DNA of 60,172 nt, filler included. It is 7 parts of 7 records of this genome, joined end to end, with 100 filler letters (N's around TTAATTAATTAA, not from the genome) between each part and the next. Parts side by side here need not be neighbours in the genome. Positions count along the whole stretch, not along the records: positions 49,055 to 54,810 come from DRR723986_17946; positions 54,911 to 60,172 come from DRR723986_18003; 5 more parts are not named here. One strand, written 5' to 3'. Of the stretch, positions 49,854 to 60,172 are shown in pieces. Position numbers and translations under genes: made by a program. Every line of letters begins with the position of its first letter. The first letter of the stretch is position 1. The notes beneath the pieces were generated by a model. That model did not search any database. It saw only the letters and a list, made by a program, of their open reading frames with translations, and was not told the origin of the DNA.

Positions 49854-51203
49854 TTACTTCAGCGCGTCCCAGCTTTGCTGGATCTCGGTGGCCACGTCCT
49901 GCGCGGACTTGCCGCCGACGTATTCGACCATGCCGGTCCAGAAGGTGCCCGCACCCACGGCGCCCGGCATCAGGTCGGACCCGTCGAAACGGAAGGTCGT
50001 GGCGTTCGTCAGCACCTCGCCAAGCGCCCGCTGCGTGTCGTCGATATAGGCCTCGGGGTTGGCGCTGGTGAGCGGCGTCAGGAACCCGGGCTGCGCCATC
50101 ATCACCTCATGCGCGAAGGGCGTCTGGAGGAAGTCCAGGAAACCCTGCGTCGCCGGGCTGTCCTTGGTGACGCCCATCAGCGTGCCCGCGCCCAGCACCG
50201 GCTGGCCCAGATCCTTGCCCTCGTAGGCCGGGAAATAGAAGAAATCCGCGTCCAGACCGACTTCGGTGCCCTCGGGGAAATAGGCCGGGATGAAAGAGGC
50301 CTGACGGTGCATCATGCACTGCGGCGGCGCATCGAACAGGCCCTTGGGCGAGTCGCGGAAGTCCGTGGCCGCCACCGACCCCGCGCCGCCCGCAACGTAG
50401 GCGTCGTTCAGGGCGAACCAACCGAATTCCTCGATCGCGCCCACGACCTCGGGCGAGTCGAAGGCCAGTTCGTTCGACGTCCATGCGTCATAGGTTTCGG
50501 GCGATTGCGTGCGCAGCATCAGGTCCTCGACCCAGTCGGTCGCGGGCCAGCCGGTCGCGCCGCCCGATCCCAGACCGATGCACCAGGGCGTTTCTCCGTC
50601 CTCGACCATCCGTTCGGTCAGGGCCTTGAGCTCTTCCATGGTCTCGGGCACCTCGTAGCCGAAATCCTCGAAGTTCTCGGGGACGTACCAGACCAGCGAC
50701 TTCACGTTGACGTTGAAGAAGAAGCCATAGAGCGCGCTGGTCCCGTCGGGTCCGGCGGCGCTGCCAAGGTCCACCCAGGACTGGCCCGCGGCATAGTTGT
50801 CCTTGACCCAGGTCGCGGTCTCCTCGCCCAGCGGCGTCAGGAAACCGCCCGCCGCCATGGTCGCGGCCAGCCCCGGTTGCGGAAAGACGGCGATGTTGGG
50901 CGGCGATCCGGCCTCGGCGTCGATGACGATCTGCTGCTCCATCGAGTCCGAGCCGACGTAGGTCGCATTGGCGCCCGTCGCCTCGTTGAACAGCGCCACC
51001 AGCTTCTGGAAGCTCTCTGCCTCGCCCGCCAGCCACGGCCCGAGGATGGACACCCCCTCTCCGGCGAAGTCGTTTGCCTCGGCGAAGGCATTGTAGCTGT
51101 CCCAGTCGAACGGGCCCTCGCCCGGAACGGGCATGTCCTGCGCCTGTGCCGCGCCCGCCAGCAAGGCCGCCGCCGCCACACCGAAATAAAGCTGTCTTTT
51201 CAT
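49854..51203 (-). CDS. aglE: Alpha-glucoside ABC transporter substrate-binding protein
   Basis: Signal peptide, PPNIAVFPQPG, KSLVWYVPENF, GSGGATGWPATDW, FRFDGSDLMPG. GGAGG RBS. Confidence 0.88.
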   Translation of the reverse strand: MKRQLYFGVAAAALLAGAAQAQDMPVPGEGPFDWDSYNAFAEANDFAGEGVSILGPWLAGEAESFQKLVALFNEATGANATYVGSDSMEQQIVIDAEAGSPPNIAVFPQPGLAATMAAGGFLTPLGEETATWVKDNYAAGQSWVDLGSAAGPDGTSALYGFFFNVNVKSLVWYVPENFEDFGYEVPETMEELKALTERMVEDGETPWCIGLGSGGATGWPATDWVEDLMLRTQSPETYDAWTSNELAFDSPEVVGAIEEFGWFALNDAYVAGGAGSVAATDFRDSPKGLFDAPPQCMMHRQASFIPAYFPEGTEVGLDADFFYFPAYEGKDLGQPVLGAGTLMGVTKDSPATQGFLDFLQTPFAHEVMMAQPGFLTPLTSANPEAYIDDTQRALGEVLTNATTFRFDGSDLMPGAVGAGTFWTGMVEYVGGKSAQDVATEIQQSWDALK

Positions 51204-51274
51204 GGTATCTCCTCCCGCCGGGTCTCTGCGCCAAGACGCGGACCTGTCCTGAAAACCCGCGCCCGACTCTCTCC

Positions 51275-51292
51275 AGCCAAAGCGCTTTGAGT
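51275..51292. promoter_or_regulatory. LacI-type operator 1
   Basis: Palindrome CAAAGCGCTTTG with central CG. Confidence 0.75.
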
Positions 51293-51421
51293 TCGGCCAC
51301 ATTTTCTGACTCGTGCTGTAGTGTCAACCAGAGTTGGACAGGACACAAAGGAATTCCACGCCGCAATGCAGCTAGGACCGCCGCATCGCGGCACGACAAG
51401 GTATCGCGGAAACCCTTGAAC

Positions 51422-51439
51422 AGCCGAAGCGCTTTGGCT
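51422..51439. promoter_or_regulatory. LacI-type operator 2
   Basis: AGCCGAAGCGCTTTGGCT just upstream of the LacI gene. Confidence 0.75.
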
Positions 51440-51450
51440 CATATGGGCGC

Positions 51451-52476
51451 ATGAACCTGAAGCAGCTTTCCCAGCACCTGAAGCTTTCGCAGACCACCGT
51501 CAGCCGCGCGCTGAACGGCTACCCCGAGGTCAGCGAAGTCACCCGCCAGCGGGTGATGAAGGCTGCGCGTGACCTGAACTACAGCCCCAACCTGCGCGCC
51601 AAGAGCCTTGCCACCGGGCGTGCGCAGGCCATCGGCCATGTCTTGCCGATCTCCGACCAGCACGAGATGGTGAACCCGATCTTCGGCGATTTCATCCTTG
51701 GTGCCGGGCAGACCTACTCGAAGGCCGGTTACGAGGTGGTCATCAGCCTCGTCACCGATGGCGACGAGGAAGCCGCCTATCGCAACATCCGCACCCGTGG
51801 CAGCGTCGACGGAATCATCGTGCACGGCCCCCGGATGAAGGACCCGCGCATCCCGCTGCTGACAGAGCTTGGCCTGCCATTCGTCGTGCATGGCCGCGCC
51901 TCGCAGATCGACACGCCCTATTCATGGCTCGACACCAACAACCTGCGCGCCTTCACCCGCGCGACGGAATTCCTGCTGGATCTCGGCCATCGCCGCATCG
52001 GTCTGGTCAACGGGCTGGAGTTCATGGATTTCGCCTTCCGCCGCCGCGAGGGCTATGTCACGGCGCTGACCGCACGCGGCATAACCCCCGACCCGGCCCT
52101 GATGCGGTCGGCCGAGATGACCGAGATCTTCGGCTTCTGCAGCGCGCAGGAGATGCTGGCCGCCCCGAAGCCCCCGACCGCCTTCCTGACCGCCTCGATG
52201 ATCGTGGCGCTGGGCGTGCGGCGCGCGATCCACGAGGCCGGGCTCGAGATGGGGCGGGACGTCTCCGTCATCACCCATGACGATGACCTTGGATACCTCA
52301 AGAACGGCCACGAGGTGCCGATCTTCACCGCCACGCGCTCTTCGGTCCGCGCGGCGGGCACCCGCGCCGCCGAGATGCTGCTGGATCTGATCCGCGAACC
52401 GGAGCGCGCGCCCCTCACCCACATGATGGAGGCCGAGCTGATCATCGGCACCTCCACCGGCCCCGCCCCCAGATGA
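51451..52476 (+). CDS. aglR: LacI-family regulator of the agl operon
   Basis: MNLKQLSQHLKLSQTTVSRALNG..YSPN..AKSL. Divergent from aglE. Confidence 0.88.
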   Translation: MNLKQLSQHLKLSQTTVSRALNGYPEVSEVTRQRVMKAARDLNYSPNLRAKSLATGRAQAIGHVLPISDQHEMVNPIFGDFILGAGQTYSKAGYEVVISLVTDGDEEAAYRNIRTRGSVDGIIVHGPRMKDPRIPLLTELGLPFVVHGRASQIDTPYSWLDTNNLRAFTRATEFLLDLGHRRIGLVNGLEFMDFAFRRREGYVTALTARGITPDPALMRSAEMTEIFGFCSAQEMLAAPKPPTAFLTASMIVALGVRRAIHEAGLEMGRDVSVITHDDDLGYLKNGHEVPIFTATRSSVRAAGTRAAEMLLDLIREPERAPLTHMMEAELIIGTSTGPAPR

Positions 52477-53807
52477 GCACAGACATGCGACACAAGCGAT
52501 CCGACTTCCCCGAGGGCTTCCTCTTCGGGGCCGCAACCTCCAGCTACCAGATCGAAGGTCAGTCCTTCGGCGGCGCCGGGCGCACGCATTGGGACGACTT
52601 CGCCGAGACGCCCGGCAACGTGGTGCGGGCCGAAACCGGCGCGCGGGCCTGCGACCATTACCATCGCTATGCCGAGGATCTGGATCTCGTGGCGGCGGCG
52701 GGCCTCGATGCCTACCGCTTCTCGATCAACTGGGCGCGCGTCCTGCCCGAGGGGCGCGGGACGGTGAATGCCGAGGGGCTCGATTTCTACGACCGGCTGA
52801 CCGATGCCATGCTGGAACGCGGGCTGAAGCCCTGCGCGACGCTCTATCACTGGGAGATGCCCTCTGCGCTGGCGGACCTCGGCGGCTGGCGCAACCGGGA
52901 CGTGGCGCAATGGTTCGGCGATTTCACCGAGGTGGCGATGCGGCGGCTGGGCGACCGGATGTTCTCCGTAGCGCCCATCAACGAGCCGTGGTGCGTGGCG
53001 TGGCTGTCGCATTTCGAGGGCCACCACGCGCCGGGCCTGCGCGACATCCGGGCGACGGCGCGGGCCATGCACCATGTCATGCTGGCCCACGGCACCGCGA
53101 TCCAGAGGATGCGCGCGCTGGGGATGGGCAACCTCGGCGGGGTCTTCAACCTCGAATGGGCCACTCCCGCCGACGACAGCCCCGAGGCGCAGGAGGCGGC
53201 GGCCCGCTACGATGCGATCTACAACCGCTGGTTCATGGGCGGCGCCTTCAAGGGCGCATACCCCGCGCTGGTGCTGGAGGGGCTGGGGCCGCACATGCCC
53301 GCCGGATGGCAGGACGATTTCGGCACGATCACCGCGCCTCTCGACTGGTGCGGGATCAACTACTACACGCGCAAGGTGATCGCCCCGGCCCCCGGCCCAT
53401 GGCCGCATGTGCAACCCGTGGACGGCCCGCTGCCCAAGACCTTCATGGACTGGGAGATCTATCCCGACGGGCTGCACGCCTTCCTGACCCGGACGGCGCG
53501 CGAATACACCGGGGACCTGCCGCTGTACGTGACGGAGAACGGCCTTGCCTCGCAGGACGAGTTGCACGGCGAGACGGTGGACGACCCGTGGCGCACGGAA
53601 TTCCTCGACGCGCATCTCGACGCCTGCCGCCGCGCCATCGCCGAGGGCGTGCCGCTGAAGGGCTACATGATCTGGTCGCTCTTGGACAATTACGAATGGG
53701 CGCTGGGCTACGAGAAGCGCTTTGGCCTTGTCCACGTCGATTTCGACACGCTTGAGCGCAGGCCGAAAACGTCCTACCACGCGCTTTCCGAGGCACTGAA
53801 AGGCTGA
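52473..53807 (+). CDS. GH1 beta-glucosidase
   Basis: FLFGAATSSYQIEG, INEP, YVTENG, WSLLDNYEW. Confidence 0.95.
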   Translation: MSTDMRHKRSDFPEGFLFGAATSSYQIEGQSFGGAGRTHWDDFAETPGNVVRAETGARACDHYHRYAEDLDLVAAAGLDAYRFSINWARVLPEGRGTVNAEGLDFYDRLTDAMLERGLKPCATLYHWEMPSALADLGGWRNRDVAQWFGDFTEVAMRRLGDRMFSVAPINEPWCVAWLSHFEGHHAPGLRDIRATARAMHHVMLAHGTAIQRMRALGMGNLGGVFNLEWATPADDSPEAQEAAARYDAIYNRWFMGGAFKGAYPALVLEGLGPHMPAGWQDDFGTITAPLDWCGINYYTRKVIAPAPGPWPHVQPVDGPLPKTFMDWEIYPDGLHAFLTRTAREYTGDLPLYVTENGLASQDELHGETVDDPWRTEFLDAHLDACRRAIAEGVPLKGYMIWSLLDNYEWALGYEKRFGLVHVDFDTLERRPKTSYHALSEALKG

Positions 53808-53813
53808 GCCCCC

Positions 53814-54773
53814 ATGCGAGACGCGCTCTCTGTCGTGGCCGATATCGGCGGTACGAACACCCGCGTCGCGCTGGCGCGCGGGACGCAGGTGCTGACCGAC
53901 ACGATCCGGCGCTACCGCAACGCCGAGCACCCGGGCATCGAGCCGGTGCTCGAGGACTTTCTCTCGCGCCACGACGACCGCCCCGAGGCGGCCTGCGTCG
54001 ACATGGCCGGGCCGGTGAAGAACGGCGTCGGCACGCTGACGAACCTCGACTGGCGCGTCGACGCGGCCGCGCTGCAGAAGGCCACCGGCGCGGGCTCGGT
54101 GGCGGTGCTGAACGACCTTCAGGCGCAGGGCCATGCGGTGGCCCATATTGCGGGCGGAGACCTTGCGCCGGTCCTGCCCGGGCCCGAAGCCGCCCCCGGC
54201 GCGGCGCGGCTGGTGGTGAATGTGGGCACCGGGCTGAACGCGGTTCCGGTGTTCCAGCAGGCCGGGCTGACGCTGGTGCCCGCCGCCGAGGCCGGGCATG
54301 TGACGCTGCAGGCGCTCGACGACGAGGAGATGCGGCTGCTGAAATGGATGCAGGCGCGGCACGGCAACACCGGGCTGGAAGAGATCCTGTCGGGCCGCGG
54401 GCTGGAGCGGCTTTATGCCTGGGCCTGCGAGGACGAAGGCGCGGGCGAGCCGCGCGAGGCCGCGGCGATCATGGCGGCCTATGTCGGCGGCGAGGCGCGG
54501 GCCGTCCGGGTCGTGCGGATCTTCGTGCGCTACCTTGCGCGCTACGCCGGCGATCTGGCCCTGATCACCCTGCCCTTCGGCGGCATCTACCTCGTGGGCG
54601 GCGTGGTGCGCCACCTTGGCCCGCATCTGCCGGAGGCGGGCTTTGCCGAGGCCTTCGCCGACAAGGGCCGTTTCGCCGATTTCATGGCGCAATTCCCCGT
54701 GCACCTCGTGACGGACGACTACGCGGGCCTTCGCGGCTGCGCGGGCTATATCGCCGAGCGGCTGCCGGGGTGA
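53814..54773 (+). CDS. glk: Glucokinase
   Basis: ADIGGTNTR, AGPV, LTN..W, LNDL, GTGLN, EAGH. Confidence 0.9.
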   Translation: MRDALSVVADIGGTNTRVALARGTQVLTDTIRRYRNAEHPGIEPVLEDFLSRHDDRPEAACVDMAGPVKNGVGTLTNLDWRVDAAALQKATGAGSVAVLNDLQAQGHAVAHIAGGDLAPVLPGPEAAPGAARLVVNVGTGLNAVPVFQQAGLTLVPAAEAGHVTLQALDDEEMRLLKWMQARHGNTGLEEILSGRGLERLYAWACEDEGAGEPREAAAIMAAYVGGEARAVRVVRIFVRYLARYAGDLALITLPFGGIYLVGGVVRHLGPHLPEAGFAEAFADKGRFADFMAQFPVHLVTDDYAGLRGCAGYIAERLPG

Positions 54774-54810
54774 GTCTGGGTTCGCCTGCCCTGCGGGCAG
54801 GCGACCGGCC

Positions 54811-54910
54811 NNNNNNNNNNNNNNNNNNNNNNNNNNNNNNNNNNNNNNNNNNNNTTAATTAATTAANNNNNNNNNNNNNNNNNNNNNNNNNNNNNNNNNN
54901 NNNNNNNNNN
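54811..54910. other. Artificial contig spacer
   Basis: N-run with TTAATTAATTAA. Confidence 0.98.
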
Positions 54911-55075
54911 CATTGTTGTCGCGAACACTAACCTGCATGTAGTTTACACTAACTTTCTTGTTTGGGTTGCGGTGATCTGAATTTACTGGCTAGGTAGCAA
55001 GCTTAGACTATCTTGTACAGCAAAGTTGGCTAGGCGAATGAAACTACCATTCTCTGGAATTGCGCCGAGGCCCGC

Positions 55076-55690
55076 TTAACTTATCATAAAAACATCATAT
55101 CGCGTTGTTTTACCAATAATTTGGTGAGAGCATTTCTTAACGCCCTCAAGAGGAGCAGCCTTAGAGGGCCACTTTAGAACCACTCGTTTACGCGCATGTT
55201 TGATCGCCAATCGTACGAGATCAGCAGCGTCATCGTCGGAGCCGACGATCTCGCGGACTTGACGTAGCTCCTGCTTCACCAGTGCCGAATTTTTTCGTTC
55301 CGGATGCATCGGATCAATCAGAATTGCTTCGCCTGCCAGTTCTGGGATCAGATCCAGTGCGTCTCCCTTCAGAAGGGTCATGCGACCAATAATTTCGCGA
55401 AGCTGACCACCTTCTCTTACTGCGCGTTCCATGCCTTGAGCTAACAACGCGTGCATTTTCTCTGAACGTTCGATCAAAGTGACTTGCGCACCTAAAGACG
55501 CTAAAAGAAATGAGTCCCGGCCCAATCCGGCGGTCGCATCGACGATCATGGGGGTTTTACCTGCCCGCAGCCCCATGGCCTTGGGTAAATCTTGACCACG
55601 ACCCCCACCGAACCGAAGACGGTGGGCGACTGAACCTTTGACAAAATCAATGCGAAGCTCTCCTGCAACCTGGTTCAAACTTTTTTTCAC
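55076..55690 (-). CDS. rsmJ: RsmJ/YhiQ-like SAM-dependent methyltransferase
   Basis: LRIDFV.G..HRL, DATAGLGRDSF, DPMHP..K.SALVK, GKTTRYDVF. GTG start. Confidence 0.82.
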   Translation of the reverse strand: MKKSLNQVAGELRIDFVKGSVAHRLRFGGGRGQDLPKAMGLRAGKTPMIVDATAGLGRDSFLLASLGAQVTLIERSEKMHALLAQGMERAVREGGQLREIIGRMTLLKGDALDLIPELAGEAILIDPMHPERKNSALVKQELRQVREIVGSDDDAADLVRLAIKHARKRVVLKWPSKAAPLEGVKKCSHQIIGKTTRYDVFMIS

Positions 55691-56219
55691 TTCCTATCCC
55701 CGAAGATCAACGATGCTCGTGCACTTTGATCTGTAGAGAATTTCTGTATTTCCCACAGCCCCAAAAGGTGACCATTGGTGCAGTGCGAGGATGCAGCACC
55801 TAATTTTCTACCGAAAGGCCACCGCTGGCGGTCAGGTCTACCCTGTCGGATGTCTGGTCTCAGTTCCTTCAAGACATTCGTTTCCTTACCTCGCGCCCTT
55901 GGTAGATGATGCAGGAAGGGCGGATAGCGGACCTTCTCCGCGGGCGCAAATCGATCGAACTGCAACGCTGAAAGACGACAGCCATTTTCGCTCGAAACCG
56001 GGAAACTCTCTGTACCGCCGCAAATCGGTTCAGAGCCCCAAGTCCCAAGCGTATGAATGGCAACAATTCCACTCAAAGGGAACGTCAAACCTTGGAACCT
56101 TTGGCAAATGGTATGGCGAGAGATGCCAATGCTTGACTGGTTAATGACGCCAGATACTTTGTAAGCGACTATCTATTCTGGAATGGCGTGTTGACCAGTG
56201 GCTGGGTGATGTAGCGGTT

Positions 56220-57335
56220 TCAATCTCTGACTGGCAGCAGGCGCACGGTGCGCGGCATTTCGGATAAGATTTCGACGCCGCCTGAATGCAGGAAAGCCAC
56301 GTCTTCCAGACGAATGCCAAACTCATCATTCAGGTAGATGCCCGGTTCAATGGAAAACACGTTACCCACCCTCAAGGGGTCGGGGTAGTTGGCTGCAATA
56401 AAAGGCGGTTCGTGCACGTCAACGCCCAGACCATGACCTGTGCGGTGTAGGAATTCAGGGCCAAAGCCTGCGTCCTCGATCACCGTGCGGGCGGCCTTGT
56501 CAACGTCGCTGCAGAGGGTGCCGGTCTGGGCCGCTGATTGCGCGGACTGCACTGCCTGTTCTACGATTCCGGCCACCTCATCGAACCGGCCATTGGGCGT
56601 GTCACCGTACCAGGCACAGCGGGTCATATCCGACGGGTAGCCCTGCAAGCGGCACCCAGAGTCAATCAACACGGCCATGTCAGGCTGCAAGGTATCGGTG
56701 CCTGTGTGATGGTGCGGATAGGCGCTGTTTTTTCCAAAAGCAACGATGCAAAACGCGGGTTCTGCCCCGTTCACCAGATAGAAATCAATGATGATATCAC
56801 GCACTTCAATCTCGGACATACCAGTGCGCAGCGCCGCAAACGCCCGCTCAAAGGCGCCGTCGTTCAAAATCGCGCAATCTTTCAACCGCTGGCGTTCCTC
56901 GGCGTCCTTTTCAGCGCGCAAAAAGCCAACTGTGTCCAGCGTAAAGCGATGGTTCGGGGTGTCCAGCTGATCAAGGAGCAGGAATGAAAAATCAGTGCGC
57001 ATCATCTCGTCCAACACGATGCTGAGGTCGGGGCGTTTGGCGTTTGCCTCGGTCAAAAGCTGTGTAAGCGCGGCCAGCGGACCGTCCGTGTCGCTCCATT
57101 CATAAAAGGGCACGTCCGCACATTGTGCGCGCGACGCCTCGGCGTTCAGCAAGGGCATCAGCACGCCAACATGATCAGCGGTGACAATCGCCATCACCGG
57201 GCGTTCGTCCCCATGCGGGTTCAGCCCCAAAAGCCACTGCATGTGGCTGCCCGGTCCGACGGCGACCAGGTCTGTGTTGGTGTCCACCATGCGCTGGCGT
57301 AACCGCGCCAATCTGTTTTCCACAATATCAGACAT
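56220..57335 (-). CDS. M24 Xaa-Pro peptidase family protein
   Basis: YPHH, IDSG..GYPSDMTR, HRTGHGLG.DVHE, FSIEPGIY, GIRLED. Confidence 0.92.
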   Translation of the reverse strand: MSDIVENRLARLRQRMVDTNTDLVAVGPGSHMQWLLGLNPHGDERPVMAIVTADHVGVLMPLLNAEASRAQCADVPFYEWSDTDGPLAALTQLLTEANAKRPDLSIVLDEMMRTDFSFLLLDQLDTPNHRFTLDTVGFLRAEKDAEERQRLKDCAILNDGAFERAFAALRTGMSEIEVRDIIIDFYLVNGAEPAFCIVAFGKNSAYPHHHTGTDTLQPDMAVLIDSGCRLQGYPSDMTRCAWYGDTPNGRFDEVAGIVEQAVQSAQSAAQTGTLCSDVDKAARTVIEDAGFGPEFLHRTGHGLGVDVHEPPFIAANYPDPLRVGNVFSIEPGIYLNDEFGIRLEDVAFLHSGGVEILSEMPRTVRLLPVRD

Positions 57336-57371
57336 AAGAACCTCTTTTGAATGGCGCGTTGTTGAGTGGGG

Positions 57372-57971
57372 TCAGCCGCGATGCCCGGGCAGTCGGCTAT
57401 TCTGCGCGCCCTGCAGGACCACCAAAGTACCGGTCCAAAGCATACGCGCAGGCGCATCGCCCAGGGTTTTCCACGCATGAGGCGTCATGCCATTGTAATG
57501 CAGGCTATCGCCTTCGCTTAGGGTAAAGGTTTCACCGTCCAGGCTTTTTTCGATCGTACCGCTGAGGACGTAGATGAACTCCTCGCCCTCGTGCTGAAAG
57601 GTTTCGGATTGAAATCCCGGTGGACAGTTCATGATAAAGGCGGACAGCTCGTGGCCGGGAAACTCGGTGCTGAGCGCCTCGTAAGTGACGCCGGTGTCCG
57701 AGATCGAGAACTTGCGCCGCTGCTCGGCATAAGACACCGCATCCCCCGGTTTGGGGCGGGTGACAAAGTAATCAAGGCCCAGATCCAGCGCGCGGGCAAT
57801 CTGCGCCAGGGTGCCCAACGACGGCGTGGCGTTGCCCCGTTCGACCTGCGACAGGTAACCGACGGATACACCTGCCTTATCGCAAAGCTCCTTGAGGGTC
57901 AGCTTGCGCTTTTGGCGGCACTTGCGGATCAGATTGCCCAGCTTGGCCCGTTCGAGTTGGTCTGATGCCAT
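57372..57971 (-). CDS. XRE HTH + cupin transcriptional regulator
   Basis: LTLKEL..AGVSVGYLSQVERG..PS, HEGEEFIYVLSG..GDSLHY..PH. Confidence 0.92.
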   Translation of the reverse strand: MASDQLERAKLGNLIRKCRQKRKLTLKELCDKAGVSVGYLSQVERGNATPSLGTLAQIARALDLGLDYFVTRPKPGDAVSYAEQRRKFSISDTGVTYEALSTEFPGHELSAFIMNCPPGFQSETFQHEGEEFIYVLSGTIEKSLDGETFTLSEGDSLHYNGMTPHAWKTLGDAPARMLWTGTLVVLQGAQNSRLPGHRG

Positions 57972-58048
57972 AGCGTTATCCCCCTTTACCCATGGTAAAG
58001 CCGAGGCCTACGCAGGAGACCGGAGGGATGCAAGAGAGCCGCACTCTC

Positions 58049-59740
58049 TCAGCCTGACAATTGCGCCAAGCGTGGCATCAGATCAAGCAGTTGGGCGGTG
58101 TAGTCCTGCTTGGGATGGGCGAACAGCGTTTCGGTGTTCTGCACCTCGATCAGCTGGCCTTGCTTCATCACACCGACGCGGTCGCACATCTGTCGCACCA
58201 CCGGCAGGTCATGGCTGATGAACAGCATGGTCAGCCCCAGGTGTTCCTGCAAATCCTTGAGGATATTCAGGATTTGCGCCTGAATGGACACGTCCAGCGC
58301 GCTGGTGGGTTCATCACAGATCAGAAACCGGGGCTGCGTCGCCAGGGCGCGCGCAATCGAGATCCGCTGCCGCTGTCCGCCCGAAAATTCATGCGGGTAT
58401 TTCGCCGCCGCCGCGCGGGTCAGACCGACACGGTCCAGCAGCTCATGCACCCGCGCGCTGATCTGATCCGGCGGCAACAGCTTGTGATGGATCAGTGGCT
58501 CGGCCACGATGCTTTCCACCTTCATGCGCGGGTTCAAACTGGAAAACGGATCCTGGAAAATCATCTGGATCTGTTTGCGATAGTTCGCCATGTCAGCGGC
58601 CGACATCGCAGTCACGTCATCGCCGTCAAAATGGATCTGACCACCGTCGACCGACAGCAGCGTGCCGATCATGCGCGCAACGGTGGATTTGCCCGACCCG
58701 CTTTCCCCGACAAGGCCGAACACCTCGCCATCCTTGATGTCGAACGACACTTCATCCACGGCGGTGAAATAGGTGCGCCGGGACGGCAGGATGGCGGATT
58801 TTTCTAGGAACTTCTTGGTGATGCCTTTGACCTCAACCAGCTTACCGGATTTGGACGGTTCCGGTTTGCGCCAGTTGCGGGCCAGATCTTCGATCTTAAA
58901 GGTGGTTTCCCGCCCGCCATAGCTGACCTGCGGAAAGCGGTGTAGCTTGACCTGCGGGCGCGGCACGGCGGAGATCAGCGACTTGGTGTATTCATGTTCC
59001 GGCGCGCTCAGCACCTTGTCAGTTGGTCCGCTTTCGACCACTTCGCCAGAATACATGACGGTGACCTGTTCGGTGGTGTCAGCGATCACGCCCATGTCGT
59101 GCGTAACAAGGATTACCCCCACCTGCGTTTCCGAGGCGAGTTCCTTGATCAAATCCAACACCTGCGCCTGAATGGAGACGTCCAGCGCGGTTGTCGGTTC
59201 GTCCGCGACGATGACCGACGGTTCTGAACACAGGGCCAGCGCGATCACAACACGCTGGCGCATACCACCGGAAAACTGGTGCGGATACTGGTCGAACCGC
59301 GTCATTGGGTCCGGGATCGACACCCGGTCCAGCAGGGCGAGCGCACGGTCCTTGGCCTCGGCGGCCGAGACCTGCAGGTGTAGTTGAATCGTTTCGACCA
59401 GCTGTTCGCCGATGGTGAACAACGGGTTGAGCGAGGTCAGCGGATCCTGGAAAATCATGCCGATCTCGCGCCCACGGATGGCGCGCTTTTCCTCAACACT
59501 CAGATTGTCGATGCGGCGCCCTTTGAGCCAGATTTCGCCCGCCCCAATGCGTGCGGGATCATCCAGCAGGCCAATGACGGCATTACCGGTCATCGATTTG
59601 CCCGCACCGCTTTCGCCGACAACGCCGCGGATCTCTCCGGGGTGGATGTCATAGCTGACATTCTGGACCGGCTTGAACAGCCCGTTACGGGTGGGGATTT
59701 CGACCGTCAGGTTACGGATGGAGAGTACGGGTTCGGTCAT
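58049..59740 (-). CDS. Peptide/nickel ABC transporter, fused double ATP-binding subunit
   Basis: Two Walker A ([16 protein letters not shown]), two FSGG signatures, DEPT. Confidence 0.94.
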   Translation of the reverse strand: MTEPVLSIRNLTVEIPTRNGLFKPVQNVSYDIHPGEIRGVVGESGAGKSMTGNAVIGLLDDPARIGAGEIWLKGRRIDNLSVEEKRAIRGREIGMIFQDPLTSLNPLFTIGEQLVETIQLHLQVSAAEAKDRALALLDRVSIPDPMTRFDQYPHQFSGGMRQRVVIALALCSEPSVIVADEPTTALDVSIQAQVLDLIKELASETQVGVILVTHDMGVIADTTEQVTVMYSGEVVESGPTDKVLSAPEHEYTKSLISAVPRPQVKLHRFPQVSYGGRETTFKIEDLARNWRKPEPSKSGKLVEVKGITKKFLEKSAILPSRRTYFTAVDEVSFDIKDGEVFGLVGESGSGKSTVARMIGTLLSVDGGQIHFDGDDVTAMSAADMANYRKQIQMIFQDPFSSLNPRMKVESIVAEPLIHHKLLPPDQISARVHELLDRVGLTRAAAAKYPHEFSGGQRQRISIARALATQPRFLICDEPTSALDVSIQAQILNILKDLQEHLGLTMLFISHDLPVVRQMCDRVGVMKQGQLIEVQNTETLFAHPKQDYTAQLLDLMPRLAQLSG

Positions 59741-60172
59741 TTCAGCCTCGGGTTCAGTACATCACGCAGCCAGTCGCCCAGCATATTTACACTCAGCGCC
59801 AGAGCCAACAGGGTGCAAGCCGGGAAGAACAGGATCCACCATTCGCCCGAGAACAGATAGCCTTGCCCGATGCGGATCAGCGTTCCCAAAGAGGGCTGCG
59901 TGGGTGGCGCACCGACGCCGAGAAAGCTGAGCGTGGCCTCGGCAATGATCGCCAGTGCCAGCGAAATGGTGGCGATCACCAGCACAGGCGAAAGGATGTT
60001 TGGCAGAATGTGCCGCAGCATGATGGTTGAGGGACGCCGCCCGATCAGCCGCGCGGCCGACACGTAGTCCTTGTTCCTTTCCACCAGTGTGGCGCCGCGC
60101 ACGACGCGCGCGAACTGCACCCAGTCGCTTAGCCCAATGGCGAGGATCAGCACCCAGATCGCCATCTGGTCG
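59737..60172 (-). CDS. Peptide ABC transporter permease, DppC-like (5' truncated)
   Basis: [40 protein letters not shown]. Confidence 0.9.
   Translation of the reverse strand, partial: DQMAIWVLILAIGLSDWVQFARVVRGATLVERNKDYVSAARLIGRRPSTIMLRHILPNILSPVLVIATISLALAIIAEATLSFLGVGAPPTQPSLGTLIRIGQGYLFSGEWWILFFPACTLLALALSVNMLGDWLRDVLNPRLK

Noticed and set aside
52053-54704. 883-aa minus-strand ORF, and similar long ORFs at 49770-51290, 52589-53755 and 15098-16015
   Set aside because: Antisense or off-frame shadows of well-supported genes in high-GC DNA, with no recognisable motifs.

Overview
The window is not one locus. It is seven contigs joined by 100-nt N-spacers that each contain a TTAATTAATTAA linker (gaps at 14330-14429, 22807-22906, 28576-28675, 35154-35253, 48955-49054, 54811-54910), so it is probably a metagenome or bin concatenation. 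Contigs 1, 3 and 5 look like one Bacteroidota/Chlorobi-group (FCB) organism. The support is T9SS-type C-terminal domains, a TAnnTTTG promoter and a dispersed repeat family shared by all three. They carry a RAYT transposase with REP palindromes, a His-rich heavy-metal RND efflux operon, a Cys-rich secreted repeat protein, a C2-domain protein, folC-purH, a hybrid kinase, AbgT, a PNGase F-like secreted protein, MoeB and tRNA-Asn. Contigs 2, 4, 6 and 7 look like Rhodobacteraceae-type Alphaproteobacteria. They carry a Gly-rich autotransporter-like gene with a LytS/LytTR system, tryptophan/anthranilate catabolism genes, the agl sugar operon and a peptide ABC transporter. Taxonomy is inferred from gene content only. 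Best candidates for something new: (1) a structured ~55-bp repeat with distinct 'alpha' and 'beta' ends and a covarying internal hairpin, whose inverted pairs bracket either RAYT+REP or cargo genes+REP, suggesting a RAYT-linked cargo-carrying element; (2) a His-rich leader ORF ending in the RAPP ribosome-arrest motif ahead of a metal efflux operon; (3) a secreted protein made of three 10-Cys repeats, and a bacterial protein with a eukaryote-like Ca2+-type C2 domain.
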